Virus record (IMG/VR): IMGVR_UViG_2558860226_000001
Span: 36,780-100,779 of that record
Source: a virus
Lineage: Duplodnaviria > Caudoviricetes
Length of the DNA: 64,000 nt
Strand: one strand, 5' to 3'
The position numbers were made by a program, and so were the translations under genes. The notes under the pieces were generated by a model that was not told the origin of the DNA, ran no database searches, and was given only the letters and a program-made list of their open reading frames with translations. Shown piece by piece: positions 1-10,469 of the stretch (position 1 is the first letter of the stretch; the number at the start of each line of letters is the position of its first letter).

Positions 1-649
1 TTGTGAACAAATCAGCAACCACGGCAGCGTTAGCGCCATGAGACAAGCTTGCCCCGGTCGCCGATGTCAGCAGCAGGCTTGCAGACAGCGTGCCAGATGC
101 ATAACCGATGGCTGAATTAGAGCCGGATGAAACGGTTGTAATATAAAATTTTTTCTGTGTTGTATCGAATCGAACGCTAACCTGAGCCGATGATTTCACC
201 GTGTTAATTGCATTCTCGATGACGGTCGCGGCTGCGGCAAAACTGGTTACCGCTGACAGATTAATATTACCTGTAGTTACGGTGGTATTGTTAATCGACA
301 GCGATAATGTGCCGCTCATAGCCTGCAATTGAGCAATCGTTACCGATGCCATGGAGCCAGATCGCAACCACGCAGATACTCCCAATTCATTATATTGAGC
401 AAACAGCAATTCACCCGGCAAGCGTGATGCATTGTTATATCCGCTGAAATATTTTGCTGCCATCGTGTATTCAGTGGACAGTGCGCCAAAATAAGATTTT
501 ACGTCATCGGCGGTTGTGAAATTTAACACAGCTCCGGTAGGGATGCGTGTGTCTCCGGACAGAATTAACCCATTAACATCAAGTGCAGATCCAGATGCAG
601 CCAGTACACCGGGCAGAATCTGCACGATTTTACTTAACGAAATCGACAT
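1..649 (-). CDS. Tail sheath protein, DUF3383-like (5' part, runs off window)
   Basis: Manual translation from ATG at 649: MSISLSKIVQILPGVLAASGSALDVNGLIL...; follows neck genes. Confidence 0.75.
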   Translation of the reverse strand, partial: MSISLSKIVQILPGVLAASGSALDVNGLILSGDTRIPTGAVLNFTTADDVKSYFGALSTEYTMAAKYFSGYNNASRLPGELLFAQYNELGVSAWLRSGSMASVTIAQLQAMSGTLSLSINNTTVTTGNINLSAVTSFAAAATVIENAINTVKSSAQVSVRFDTTQKKFYITTVSSGSNSAIGYASGTLSASLLLTSATGASLSHGANAAVVADLFT

Positions 650-652
650 TTT

Positions 653-1189
653 TTATCCTTGAGGTGGAAATTGAACGTTTACAGGTACGGCATTTGGATT
701 TGCGCTGGTCATATATTGCTGAGGTGTTGTTATTACCGGGTTTGTTTGTCCGATAAAATCCATCGTCCATCGCGGCTCATATTGCTGCTCACCGTTAATC
801 ATTGTTGTTTGGTGCGGGTCATTTGAATACAGAGGCGATAGCGCGGAACCATTTGAAGAAAACCATCCAGCCGCATACTCATCTCTAATCATGGTTGAAA
901 TTATGACCGCATTGTTTTGTGCGTTAGGCCCGTAAAAATCGATCTGACATCGCCATTGACTATTTCTGTTTGTTTTTTTCTGTCCATTTTCACCGTCATG
1001 AACCCATTTGTTTGTTGACGTGGCTACGGAATCAATAGGCGTCATTACAATGTAATCAGTGCCAATTTCCGGCATTGGAACATTATTTTCCTGACCAAGG
1101 ACACAATCAGAAACATCAACGAGAGACAATAAAAAACCACGGAGAGCCGTGGTTAAATCATCCTCTGATATTGATATCGTAGCCGTCAT
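653..1189 (-). CDS. Phage neck/tail terminator protein
   Basis: QIDFYG and PLY..NGEQQYEPRW motifs; lies just before sheath. Confidence 0.65.
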   Translation of the reverse strand: MTATISISEDDLTTALRGFLLSLVDVSDCVLGQENNVPMPEIGTDYIVMTPIDSVATSTNKWVHDGENGQKKTNRNSQWRCQIDFYGPNAQNNAVIISTMIRDEYAAGWFSSNGSALSPLYSNDPHQTTMINGEQQYEPRWTMDFIGQTNPVITTPQQYMTSANPNAVPVNVQFPPQG

Positions 1190-1557
1190 GTTTTCCTCTG
1201 CAAATTGATTATCAGTTTGCACCAGTCATACCAGAGTTCTGCTATTTTAACGATCAGCCACTCATTTCCATTCACGACCAAAATATCCCCACCAGTTTGA
1301 TTGGCACGATTTATAGCGCTGAAATTCCCGTGTACATACGCAACGCGAGTAATCCCCTGCACATTCAATGAATCCATTTGCTTCAAATCCATTGATGACA
1401 ATTCCTGCAATTGAACTGAAACATCAGCCTGAGAATAAGACGGCGTGCGCTTACCGCTGGGTGCAGTAACATAACCGGTGTTTATTTTTATTACCGCAGG
1501 GACATAATCATTGACGAGTGACACCGCGCCGGATGTGATATTAAACAGATCCATCAT
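1186..1557 (-). CDS. Head-tail joining/closure protein
   Basis: Position in neck cluster; GGDIL..W motif. Confidence 0.5.
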   Translation of the reverse strand: MMDLFNITSGAVSLVNDYVPAVIKINTGYVTAPSGKRTPSYSQADVSVQLQELSSMDLKQMDSLNVQGITRVAYVHGNFSAINRANQTGGDILVVNGNEWLIVKIAELWYDWCKLIINLQRKT

Positions 1558-2020
1558 CACCCCCATTGATTTCATAATCCACTGCGCGTTGCATTGAACC
1601 GGAGTCAATCAGCGTTTTATCTGGCTCTTTACGGCCTTTTCTGATTTTTGCATCGATAGTTGATTTGGCGTTAGCGGGAGGTATCGATGATTCAATCGAA
1701 TCTCGAATATCCTGAACTATGGTTAATCCCAACCTATCGAACCCTTTTTTAACCACGCCTGGATCGGCACCAATACCATCCAATGACTTAGCCAGTTGCT
1801 GTGACCAGTCTTTAGCGTGGTTATCAATCGATGTACGCATGAATGGACGAGGGGGGATGGTTTTAGTGCCGTATTCATTTGCAGCAGCATACGGAGCAAT
1901 TAGCTCCCCCATATCCTCATTTGTCGCCCCCGCCAGAATACCGGCACTCAGACTAATCTGCGTCTTTTCTGCGATAGCCTGGAGTGCCGACAGCATTTTA
2001 TCGCCGCCAGAAATACCCAT
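1541..2020 (-). CDS. Virion morphogenesis/neck protein (HK97 gp10-like)
   Basis: NEYGTKTIPPRPFMR and LIDSGSM motifs. Confidence 0.7.
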   Translation of the reverse strand: MGISGGDKMLSALQAIAEKTQISLSAGILAGATNEDMGELIAPYAAANEYGTKTIPPRPFMRTSIDNHAKDWSQQLAKSLDGIGADPGVVKKGFDRLGLTIVQDIRDSIESSIPPANAKSTIDAKIRKGRKEPDKTLIDSGSMQRAVDYEINGGDDGSV

Positions 2021-2023
2021 AAA

Positions 2024-2437
2024 TCACCCCCAAGGGTGGTAATATCGCTGCACATGATATCTGCCACCAACCACATATTTCCGCGTAGCCTGCCAGTATT
2101 GCTGGCCATATCCCGTCAACATAAACCATGATTTGGTTCCCGGAACTGCCGTAGCAAATGACGAACTCACCGACCCCTGAGATGCGCTTGATAATGGGCT
2201 CGAAACGCCTTTAGCGGCCCACTGTAGTGATTGCGACACATGAGCGGTTAGCAAATAGAGCAACGTCTTACGCTCAATCTCACCGTTATCCGGGTCATAC
2301 GGACTAATCGACCCATCGGTGTTATCGAGATACAGACATGCGGTGCTGAATGCGTTAGTCAATTGCCCGGTGGTCAGCGTGGAAAAATTGGGGTAACTCG
2401 TCAGGAATTCGGCAGCGTCAAACACCACGACGCCCAT
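2024..2437 (-). CDS. Head-tail adaptor, DUF4054-like
   Basis: F..YPNF, LLTAH, GSVSSS, TGYGQQYW motifs. Confidence 0.75.
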   Translation of the reverse strand: MGVVVFDAAEFLTSYPNFSTLTTGQLTNAFSTACLYLDNTDGSISPYDPDNGEIERKTLLYLLTAHVSQSLQWAAKGVSSPLSSASQGSVSSSFATAVPGTKSWFMLTGYGQQYWQATRKYVVGGRYHVQRYYHPWG

Positions 2438-2439
2438 AA

Positions 2440-2874
2440 TTATGCAACCTCGTCGGTGACTTCTTTAGTCTTGACGGTGGGGTCTTTCTCAACATCAACA
2501 GGCTCGCGGCCATGTCGAGATTCCCGGCGCTCTTTTGCAGCAGCAACGGAACTTGCATCTTCTGCGTGATAAACCAGTGTGTTATTGCGCTCCAGATTTC
2601 TAATTAAATCGGGGTAGGTTGATTTGACCAACTCCCATTTATCGGCGTCGACAACGGTGTGGCCAAACAGTCCGGTTGGCAGCACGCCTTTTTCCTGTCC
2701 CAGCAAGTGGAACGCGTTGCCTTTAAGGGTCACTCCCGTGCCATCAAAATGAATACCGTGCGGGTGATTGAGGCGAACATGAATTTTACCTGACATAGAA
2801 TTTCCTGATTCAGAAAAAGAAGCGGCCTCTAATGAGGCCGAATTGTCTTGTTGCTTACGTGGACGTCCGCGCAT
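2440..2874 (-). CDS. Phage head-region hypothetical protein
   Basis: ORF tightly coupled downstream of capsid gene. Confidence 0.55.
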   Translation of the reverse strand: MRGRPRKQQDNSASLEAASFSESGNSMSGKIHVRLNHPHGIHFDGTGVTLKGNAFHLLGQEKGVLPTGLFGHTVVDADKWELVKSTYPDLIRNLERNNTLVYHAEDASSVAAAKERRESRHGREPVDVEKDPTVKTKEVTDEVA

Positions 2875-2875
2875 A

Positions 2876-3886
2876 TCACATGCCCGTCATCTGAGCGACA
2901 GCAGCCGGAACCCGAATAACGCCGCCGTAGGTGGTCGAGGTCACTTTCTGGCTGTATGAGGACAGACCCGGAATGATACGACCCATGCGCATTTTCTCAC
3001 CAAAACCTAATAGGCCCGTTTCATTGCCGAGAACCTTGGGCGCGATAAACATCATTGTCTCAACACCACCGCTTGACAGCTGGGGCAGGCTGACAATGGT
3101 CAAATTGCTGAAATAGGTTTCCAGCATTTTCAGTACCGACACATTGAAATCGGTCGCGCCACCCAGCAGAGTGCGCAGGCCGGGCGACATGGTCAGGATC
3201 AGCTCATCTTTTTCCGACACCAGACCCTGCAACTGATTAACCAGACGTGTAAACAGCGTCAGGATATCGTTGTAACGCTGGACAGTGGTTTTAGCTGACC
3301 ACGCAGTTGAACTGCCTGTGCCAGTTGCAGCGGCGGTAATTGCCGCAGTCAGATTCGGATCATTCAGAACGCCATAGATTTCCTTTCCTGACACGCCCAG
3401 CAGATAGAATTTATTGGCGTCGATGTCGATAATCGTCGCAGCAGCACGCTGTTTGTCAGCAGCCAGATTGATTTTTGCCTGCGATGCCATATCTGCTTCC
3501 AAATCACCATACTGAATAATGGTTTGGAACCGATACTGTTCGCGGGTAAACCACTCTTGGTTAACGCCTGCAACGCCGAATTGCCCGAAATCACTGTATG
3601 CAGCGGTATTACCGGTAATTTCAGATGCACGCCATTTGAAATACGGTGCTGTCCAGTCGCCCTTTTTCTCTTCCGGGTAAAGTTCACGCGCATTACGCGG
3701 CGCGGTCATGATTTCGATGACAGTTGGGTCAATGTACGCCAGCAGTTCAGCCGGTACGGTTGAGTTCGCGGAGGTGATTAACGCGGCATCCTGTGCGATT
3801 GCTGCGCGGTTTTCCGGGGTAATCCACATGCGACCGCCGGGAAACACGAACCCGTATTGTTTTGCCTGATCAAACGTAATATTCAT
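2876..3886 (-). CDS. Major capsid protein (DUF2184-like)
   Basis: ~336 aa; YGVLNDPNL and C-terminal GGVIRVPAAVAQMTGM. Confidence 0.85.
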   Translation of the reverse strand: MNITFDQAKQYGFVFPGGRMWITPENRAAIAQDAALITSANSTVPAELLAYIDPTVIEIMTAPRNARELYPEEKKGDWTAPYFKWRASEITGNTAAYSDFGQFGVAGVNQEWFTREQYRFQTIIQYGDLEADMASQAKINLAADKQRAAATIIDIDANKFYLLGVSGKEIYGVLNDPNLTAAITAAATGTGSSTAWSAKTTVQRYNDILTLFTRLVNQLQGLVSEKDELILTMSPGLRTLLGGATDFNVSVLKMLETYFSNLTIVSLPQLSSGGVETMMFIAPKVLGNETGLLGFGEKMRMGRIIPGLSSYSQKVTSTTYGGVIRVPAAVAQMTGM

Positions 3887-3959
3887 TTTGTCTCCATGCA
3901 GGCGCGACAAATACCACTCTTATTTCAGAGTGTGCACGTCACGCCAGATTATTTAGTGT

Positions 3960-4454
3960 TTATGCGGAAGCTGGGTTCCAGTTGGAAATGACAGCAAGGC
4001 CAGAAGTTGAGTCAACGCCTTTACAAACAAACGTGGTCTCGACGAATCCTGACACGGTGGCACCAGCAGCGGCAAAGTGCACCGAACCATTGGTTTTTGA
4101 TGCAAATGCTTTCTGACCTACTGTAGGCACTGAACTGTTGTCGTATGTGACATAAAACTCGCCGATTTTTGCCACGGTCAACGATGTGTTATCTGGCAGC
4201 GTCATAGTCGAACCAGACGTCAGCGTAAAATTGTAGTAGTTCAGCAGGCGCTCAATGAACCCAACCGGCGCGTCAGAGCCGGATGTGGATGATTTGACCT
4301 GTGTGTTATCACTGCCAGCGAATACAAACTGACCCACATACACGGTATTTTCTGCTCGTGGATTGAACGGCAGATACACAACCGGATTTTGTGACGCCCG
4401 ATCGCCCTTTACTGCCGGGGCGTAAAACTGATTTACCTGAGATTGCAGACCCAT
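3960..4454 (-). CDS. Head decoration/cement protein
   Basis: Between protease and capsid; GDRASQNP motif. Confidence 0.65.
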   Translation of the reverse strand: MGLQSQVNQFYAPAVKGDRASQNPVVYLPFNPRAENTVYVGQFVFAGSDNTQVKSSTSGSDAPVGFIERLLNYYNFTLTSGSTMTLPDNTSLTVAKIGEFYVTYDNSSVPTVGQKAFASKTNGSVHFAAAGATVSGFVETTFVCKGVDSTSGLAVISNWNPASA

Positions 4455-4467
4455 TTACAGGCTCCCA

Positions 4468-5982
4468 TTAAAGACGAATATTTGCCAAACCGGCGAATTT
4501 GCCATCCAGTTTCGCGGGTTTGTTGAATGCTGAGTCACCGACCGGCGCAGGTTGAGATTGTTTCTGCTGCAGCATAATTTCTACCATACCAGCGTAACCA
4601 GCAGGTTCGAATTTACTGGTGTCGATGCCCTTCGCTTTCAGTGCGTGAGCATAGATGTCGGCAGCGGAGTCAAACGCCATTGCATCAACTTTGCCGCACA
4701 AGCCCTCAACCTTGCTTGCCGCCGTGGTCAGCGCCTTAGCCCGTTCGCGCTCGGCCTGAGCCACTTTCTCGGTTGCTGATTTGATTGCGGCATCCATGAC
4801 GGCCTGTGTCACCACGTCTTTTTTCTCCTGATTTTCTTGACCGCCTTCCGCGCCGCCAGCAGAACCGTTTTCGTCATTGGCTGGAACCATCAGGCATTTC
4901 AACACCGCATCAATAGTTTCAGGCGGTACGCTGGCCTGCTCCAGAATTTGTTTGATGCTCTCAGCCGGTGATTCCGCATCATATGCCGGTGATTCCTCTT
5001 CCTGTTGCGGCTCTTCTTCCACGCCGTCGCCGATTTGTTTTTCCTCTGGCTCAACAACTTGCTCGGCGGCCTCTAGCGCTTCAGCCAGTTCTGTAGGATC
5101 GATTTCAATATCCTGCGCCAACAGCGGCGCAAATTTCTGCACTGCGGCTTTAGCAATCGCAACAGGGGTTTTGTTTGCTCGCACCAGAGCAGTTAATTCG
5201 CCCGGTGCGGCGTCTTGCGCCAGCAGTGGTTTCAGGTGAGCTGCCAGCGCAGAACGCAACGCCACCCCTTTACGATTCAATTTCTTCATCGTATCTATTA
5301 CCTTTTTTTGTGAGAGATTAGACGGCATTGCGTCATGTACATATACATCCGGGCCAGCCCGGCCTTTTTCCACCAGCGCAACATGGTTTCCCCTCAAATT
5401 GCGCATGACAAAATCATAATTGACACCGTTGAATTCACCCGGAGTGAAGTCCGGTTCGAAAAAATATCCGCAACTAATTTCACGCAGCGTGCCGTTATTG
5501 ATTTTTTCAATCGCGTCCGAATCAGTGACAATCAACGCATTATCAAGATACGGAGCACTCCAGACAGGCGTTGTGCCGATTGATCCGATCCGAAATTCTT
5601 TGAGCGGAGCATCTGCGCTATCCTGTCGGTGTTCGCGCAGCAGGGGCATTCCATTAAATGTGTCTCTGGCCTTTTCCAGCTCTTCGCCAGACCTGTAACC
5701 GTAGTAGACGCGCTCAGGTTCGAGGTTTAATTCCTGCCAGCCTGGAATCTCCTTGCCCAAATACGGAGCGACTTGTTCTTTTGTTAGATGGGTCTGACTA
5801 ACGTGCAAGTAGCCGTTTTCATCAATTCGGCGGCGCGATGGCTCAGAATCTAGTGCTATTTTTCTGTCACCAATATAACCATTGGCATATGCTGCCTTTT
5901 CTGCTTCTTCTGCTTTTTCGCGTGTGGGGAATGGCCCTTTTGACCCAAACCACCAGCGGCCATTTTTTTTATGTACTGGCAT
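4468..5982 (-). CDS. Prohead protease/scaffold, DUF2213-like
   Basis: EISCGY and GNHVALVEKGRAG motifs plus acidic scaffold tail. Confidence 0.85.
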   Translation of the reverse strand: MPVHKKNGRWWFGSKGPFPTREKAEEAEKAAYANGYIGDRKIALDSEPSRRRIDENGYLHVSQTHLTKEQVAPYLGKEIPGWQELNLEPERVYYGYRSGEELEKARDTFNGMPLLREHRQDSADAPLKEFRIGSIGTTPVWSAPYLDNALIVTDSDAIEKINNGTLREISCGYFFEPDFTPGEFNGVNYDFVMRNLRGNHVALVEKGRAGPDVYVHDAMPSNLSQKKVIDTMKKLNRKGVALRSALAAHLKPLLAQDAAPGELTALVRANKTPVAIAKAAVQKFAPLLAQDIEIDPTELAEALEAAEQVVEPEEKQIGDGVEEEPQQEEESPAYDAESPAESIKQILEQASVPPETIDAVLKCLMVPANDENGSAGGAEGGQENQEKKDVVTQAVMDAAIKSATEKVAQAERERAKALTTAASKVEGLCGKVDAMAFDSAADIYAHALKAKGIDTSKFEPAGYAGMVEIMLQQKQSQPAPVGDSAFNKPAKLDGKFAGLANIRL

Positions 5983-6004
5983 GGAATCACCTTTTTATGG
6001 CAAT

Positions 6005-6029
6005 AAAAAAGACCACCTAGGTGGTCTTG
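6005..6029 (-). terminator. Intrinsic terminator-like hairpin
   Basis: AAAAAAGACCACCTAGGTGGTCTT hairpin with T-run on minus strand. Confidence 0.45.
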
Positions 6030-6066
6030 ATTGCGTTAACTTTTATTTCTATGCATCGCGCATAGA

Positions 6067-6855
6067 TTATTTGGGTATCACCGGTCTCATATCACACTTG
6101 CAGTTAACGAGCTGACCCGGCATCACATGCTGTCTTTCATGCGGATCCCAACACCCCTTTGAGATGCTGAATACCTCGCCATTCATTTTGACATGTGACT
6201 CTCGATAGGTTTTGCTGCCACCTGCACGATGCACCCATATTGCCTCGGTAATACCAGCTGATTTACAACGCTCAACAGCAATTGCATTCGAGGCTTTGGC
6301 GTTTTGGTCACGGGCTATCACTTTTGCTCTTCTCTCGGTAACGCCGTAGCGCTTTTTTAACTCGTCTTTGAGATATCCGACATCACGCCCACGCGTCACG
6401 CTTTCCTGAACCAGCACCCCTATTTGCGTTAGGTATTGCTCAGGTATGGACTTGATTAGCGTTACCTGTGTTTCATAAAGCGAATCGAGGACATTTTTCA
6501 CCTCTGGCGTAACTTTGAAATTGACAGTCATACCAGCGGCGCGGAGTTTATTGCTCACTGACGTTGATGCGTAGGTATTTGAGCGATTGACGAACCACAG
6601 AGCGATTTCCTTTGCGCGTTCATCAAATTTCTTTTGCCACCCCGCCATTATCTCCAGCAATCGGCTATGCACCGATTTTGCCGGTGATGCGTCGCCGACT
6701 ATTTTTGACTCCTGTCGTTTGTATTCCGCGACAAGCCAGTAGTTAACCGAGTTGTTCATTTCCTTGGTTAGCGATATCAACCTCCGGCGATATTCCATTT
6801 CCAGACCCGCGTTCGGAGACGTCGCCTTGGCTGTTTTCGGTTTCCGCTTCTTCAT
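6067..6855 (-). CDS. Minor head protein (Mu gpF/SPP1 gp7-like)
   Basis: RAKVIARDQ, R.SH and PGQLVNCKC motifs. Confidence 0.85.
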   Translation of the reverse strand: MKKRKPKTAKATSPNAGLEMEYRRRLISLTKEMNNSVNYWLVAEYKRQESKIVGDASPAKSVHSRLLEIMAGWQKKFDERAKEIALWFVNRSNTYASTSVSNKLRAAGMTVNFKVTPEVKNVLDSLYETQVTLIKSIPEQYLTQIGVLVQESVTRGRDVGYLKDELKKRYGVTERRAKVIARDQNAKASNAIAVERCKSAGITEAIWVHRAGGSKTYRESHVKMNGEVFSISKGCWDPHERQHVMPGQLVNCKCDMRPVIPK

Positions 6856-8338
6856 TTTGCATCTCCGGCACAGCATCAGCATCAATTCCAGCAAATCCGC
6901 TGGCTGGGTCGTTAGCCAATAATTTGCGAACCTCCATTGCATCCAGCACACCGTTTTCCAGATAAGTGGCATGTGTCTGGGCGCGGATAGATTGAGCCTC
7001 AGCCGCCGCTTTGTCGTCGGATTCATTCAGACTGACAAAATCAAACGTCACTGAGCGATTCAATTTCCCCAGCTTGACTATCTGTAAAATGTCGAGGACT
7101 TTTTGCAGACCTTTGCGGAATACTTTTTCCTGCTGCGTGCTGATGTGGTCGTTGTAATTCTTGAGGTCAGCGTCGCCCGTATTAAATCCGGCGGGTGATA
7201 TACCGAGTAATTTAACAGCCGGAGTACGGTTAATGGCGACAATCATTTCCAGTTGCTGACGCACAATATCAGTTACACCAGATAGCGGTGTGTTGATATT
7301 GACGTATTCCTCCATTTCCTTATCAATCGCCAGAATCCCATCATTTGAGCGATACGCAGACATATAGGCCAGCCGCGAATCGAGAGATTTTGTTGAGTTC
7401 GGATTGGTCAGAATATCCTGCATATCAGTCATCAATACAGTCTGACTGAATTTATCCAGCAACCTGGACTCTGCTACACGAGCATCCTGAAAATGGATTA
7501 CATAGTCATACAGCACCTGCGCTTGCGGAACGCCGAGGAAATTATAGTTCGCCTTTAACAATACCGGCACCTCATTGCCGCAGATGCGAATTATCCGGCT
7601 AGCGTGAACCTCTTTCCCCAGCACCCACCATGTGCGCGGCTCAAAATAATCAGACTGCAATGGATTTGTGGACTGATACAGTCCGGGAAATACGTTGATT
7701 GGCTCAATAACAGTAAACCGCTTGAGGTTTTTCAGTTCCGCCGACATTTCGGAAATGTCCAACGGGGTGAGTAAATCCCGATCATCTGCACCTGTATCGA
7801 TGTAGATTAAGCACCCGCCGAAATATCCGTCAAATTCCGCCGCCTTGTGGAACACCTGCCGAACGCAGAAATCAATCAGCGCATCATCCAGTGTTTTTTT
7901 CTCGTCAGAACTGTCGCCGTCTCCATTTGTATCAACCGCGCTAATCTCTATCCATTCGCGTGTCATATCATCAGCGACGGTCTCAATGCAGGCACGGATT
8001 AGGCCGTTTTGCATCAGCGATGATAGCGCGGCATATCCCATGAATGACGGGCCTAGCGAATATCCCTGCCCCATCTCAAAAGCGTGCTGAATCAACGCAT
8101 AACCGCCAGCGTCTTCCATCGAGTGATCCATTGCCATTCTGGCCGAATCTGGCGTATGCAGCGTTCTGGCCGGGCCGTACATTGATTTGATTTGCTCAAT
8201 TGTCGGCAAGGCATATGTGGGATCTGACATGGATTCTATTTTTGCCATCATCGCGGCGGATGTGGTTAATCCGCGTCGAGTATTAGGCGTAGCAAGTCCC
8301 CGCCGAGCAGACGCGGTGTTTCTGTTTTTGCGTGACAT
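6743..8338 (-). CDS. Portal protein (DUF1073-like)
   Basis: VHASR, P.VKLLGISPAGFNTG motifs; follows TerL. Confidence 0.85.
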   Translation of the reverse strand: MSRKNRNTASARRGLATPNTRRGLTTSAAMMAKIESMSDPTYALPTIEQIKSMYGPARTLHTPDSARMAMDHSMEDAGGYALIQHAFEMGQGYSLGPSFMGYAALSSLMQNGLIRACIETVADDMTREWIEISAVDTNGDGDSSDEKKTLDDALIDFCVRQVFHKAAEFDGYFGGCLIYIDTGADDRDLLTPLDISEMSAELKNLKRFTVIEPINVFPGLYQSTNPLQSDYFEPRTWWVLGKEVHASRIIRICGNEVPVLLKANYNFLGVPQAQVLYDYVIHFQDARVAESRLLDKFSQTVLMTDMQDILTNPNSTKSLDSRLAYMSAYRSNDGILAIDKEMEEYVNINTPLSGVTDIVRQQLEMIVAINRTPAVKLLGISPAGFNTGDADLKNYNDHISTQQEKVFRKGLQKVLDILQIVKLGKLNRSVTFDFVSLNESDDKAAAEAQSIRAQTHATYLENGVLDAMEVRKLLANDPASGFAGIDADAVPEMQNEEAETENSQGDVSERGSGNGISPEVDIANQGNEQLG

Positions 8339-8345
8339 AGTGCCT

Positions 8346-9632
8346 CTAGCGGAATGGACGACGCGCCCGATGTTGGGCTTGTTTGATTAATGCTGGATTG
8401 ATGTTTATTTTCCCCTTGCCCTTAATCATCGGCGCGAGGGCATACCTTGTGGCATCAATAAAATGGTTGTGAGCATCGACAATATCAGTCAGAACATCAC
8501 CGGTAAGCCTGTCGGTCTTGTAACTGTATAGCCTCGCCTCTTTTAGCCATTCCTTGCAGCGAGAGTGGATAATGATTTCTTTGTAACTGCGCAAATGAGC
8601 AATACCATCCTCTACGCTTCCCGTCCATTTCTCAACACCGGTAATTTTTGGCAGATTATTGCGTTTACCATTACCTGTTGATTTGACGTGACTGATAGTT
8701 TCCGGTCTCGCAGAATCGGCGCGAATAACATGCTCTTCAATTTCAGGAAGGCGCTGAATCATAAAATCAGCAATGTCATCGTTTTCCAACCCGACTTTTC
8801 CAGCCTCGTATTCGATCCAAAGCCTGTCATTACCGACCCAGCACTTAACGCCAGCGGTCGGGTCTTGGCTAAATCCCCAGTCAATACCGTAATATGGACC
8901 ATCCCAATGGGCTTCTGGCTCAAATTCAGCCACACGATATTTACCAGCCAGAATTTGTGCATCGCTATTTTCCCGATATGCGCCGTCCCAAATCCATGCA
9001 TACGTCTGGTCGTCCAATCTGTCTCGGTCATTCAGCCGTTCTTGGTCGAGAACATCGGGAAACCACGGATTATCTGTGTAATTCAGTTCGACAATTTTCG
9101 CGCCATCTGGTTTTTTTTTCCTGAATCGCGTATCTGTGGGGCTACCGTCCTTTTCAGGGTTCCACGTTACCCAAACTTCCGAACCCTCTTCACGCACGGT
9201 TGGCAGCAATTTTTGCCACGCTATCTCGCTGACTGTTTCGGCTTCATCAATCCATGCTATCAGTATGCGGGCTTTGGATTTGATGCTGTCGAGATTATGC
9301 CGCAAGCCGGAAAACGCATACCAAACCCGGCGATTTTTGGTGCGAATGTATCTGTCACCAATATCAAAATAATCACTCAGCCAGGATACGGAACGAATAG
9401 CCTGCTTAATTTCCTCCATACTGGAGTCTTCAAGCGAGTTCATAAACTCACGAGCGCCGAGAATAACACCAGAAACGCCAGCTTCGGCGAACATATACGC
9501 CCGAATAGCAGTCATCAAGGCAAATGATCGAGTTTTCGCCGATCCTCGACCACCGTATGCGCCGCGATAACGCGCTTCGCCGCTAAATACCGGGATTAGC
9601 TTCGGTGGTAATTCAATCCGTGCTACTGACAT
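8346..9632 (-). CDS. Terminase large subunit, PBSX type
   Basis: YGGRGSAKT Walker A, WIDEAE Walker B, GIDWG and NHFIDATRYA nuclease motifs. Confidence 0.95.
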   Translation of the reverse strand: MSVARIELPPKLIPVFSGEARYRGAYGGRGSAKTRSFALMTAIRAYMFAEAGVSGVILGAREFMNSLEDSSMEEIKQAIRSVSWLSDYFDIGDRYIRTKNRRVWYAFSGLRHNLDSIKSKARILIAWIDEAETVSEIAWQKLLPTVREEGSEVWVTWNPEKDGSPTDTRFRKKKPDGAKIVELNYTDNPWFPDVLDQERLNDRDRLDDQTYAWIWDGAYRENSDAQILAGKYRVAEFEPEAHWDGPYYGIDWGFSQDPTAGVKCWVGNDRLWIEYEAGKVGLENDDIADFMIQRLPEIEEHVIRADSARPETISHVKSTGNGKRNNLPKITGVEKWTGSVEDGIAHLRSYKEIIIHSRCKEWLKEARLYSYKTDRLTGDVLTDIVDAHNHFIDATRYALAPMIKGKGKININPALIKQAQHRARRPFR

Positions 9633-10038
9633 CTGGAGCCACCAATTTAATTACTGATGGTTTTGGGGACATAGAGCCATCTGACGAGATATGATCAACG
9701 ATCTGCTTATCCAGCCCGGTAAGTTTTGCTTTCCCCAGCGTGGCGGCAACCGCAGCAGATGATTGCGGGGTTTCAGCGCCCAGTGCTGCCTGTCGGGCTT
9801 CTTCAAGTTCAGCCAGCAACGAATCAACCGTGACATTGTGACGCTGTTTAATTTCACCCTGCAATTCAGATACCCTTAGTGCCACCTTAGCGTTATCAAG
9901 CAGCTTGCTTGCGTTTACATGTATTGCTTCCGGCTTCATCTTGTCAGCAGCATACGCCGTGCGATAAGCCTCGGAAGCGTTACCCGTTTCGATGTATGCC
10001 TGACAGAAAGTCTCTTGCTTTATAGTCAGACCTGTCAT
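9613..10038 (-). CDS. Terminase small subunit
   Basis: LTIKQETFCQAYIETGNASEAYR HTH; overlaps TerL. Confidence 0.9.
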   Translation of the reverse strand: MTGLTIKQETFCQAYIETGNASEAYRTAYAADKMKPEAIHVNASKLLDNAKVALRVSELQGEIKQRHNVTVDSLLAELEEARQAALGAETPQSSAAVAATLGKAKLTGLDKQIVDHISSDGSMSPKPSVIKLVAPDVSSTD

Positions 10039-10169
10039 TCAGAATATCCTGCTGGTTTTGCTTGATGCTTGCCCGGTGATTTTTGATACCACCCTCAATG
10101 AGACTTATATAAAACTCTAAAATGCACCCCAATAAGACGCGCATTGTGGAATTTTATAAATTGATGGAA

Positions 10170-10469
10170 TCAATTAAACGGGGCAATCCCGTATTTCGAT
10201 GTGAATTGCGCGGTGGTGAGATTAGTTACGGTGCCGGTAGTGTTATCGCCGACATAAACCGCTTCACCAGATTTCGCCATCATGAACGGAAAAAATGATT
10301 TATTTCTTGTCTGGCAGAGCCGCGCCCAAAACGCCAGCAGCGGTGATGCCGGCTGAAATGACAAGCGCCTAGCAGATTCCTCTGAGCAGCCAAGACGCAA
10401 GGCAACGCCAGCAACAGATAGCCCACCACCCCAGTAAAGCGCAGTCAACAGCTCCTTAGTCACTTCCAT
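10170..10469 (-). CDS. Hypothetical protein with N-terminal HTH-like segment, possibly a deletion hybrid
   Basis: LLTALYWGGGLSVAGVALRLGCS; overlaps methyltransferase stop. Confidence 0.4.
   Translation of the reverse strand: MEVTKELLTALYWGGGLSVAGVALRLGCSEESARRLSFQPASPLLAFWARLCQTRNKSFFPFMMAKSGEAVYVGDNTTGTVTNLTTAQFTSKYGIAPFN

Noticed and set aside
6743-8338. Anti-CBASS Acb1 activity sometimes assigned to this portal family
   Set aside because: No paired HxT/S phosphoesterase domain is evident; position and motifs indicate a plain portal.
8688-9527. 279-aa plus-strand ORF and similar antisense ORFs in the track
   Set aside because: Shadows of well-supported opposite-strand genes (here TerL), with no motifs.
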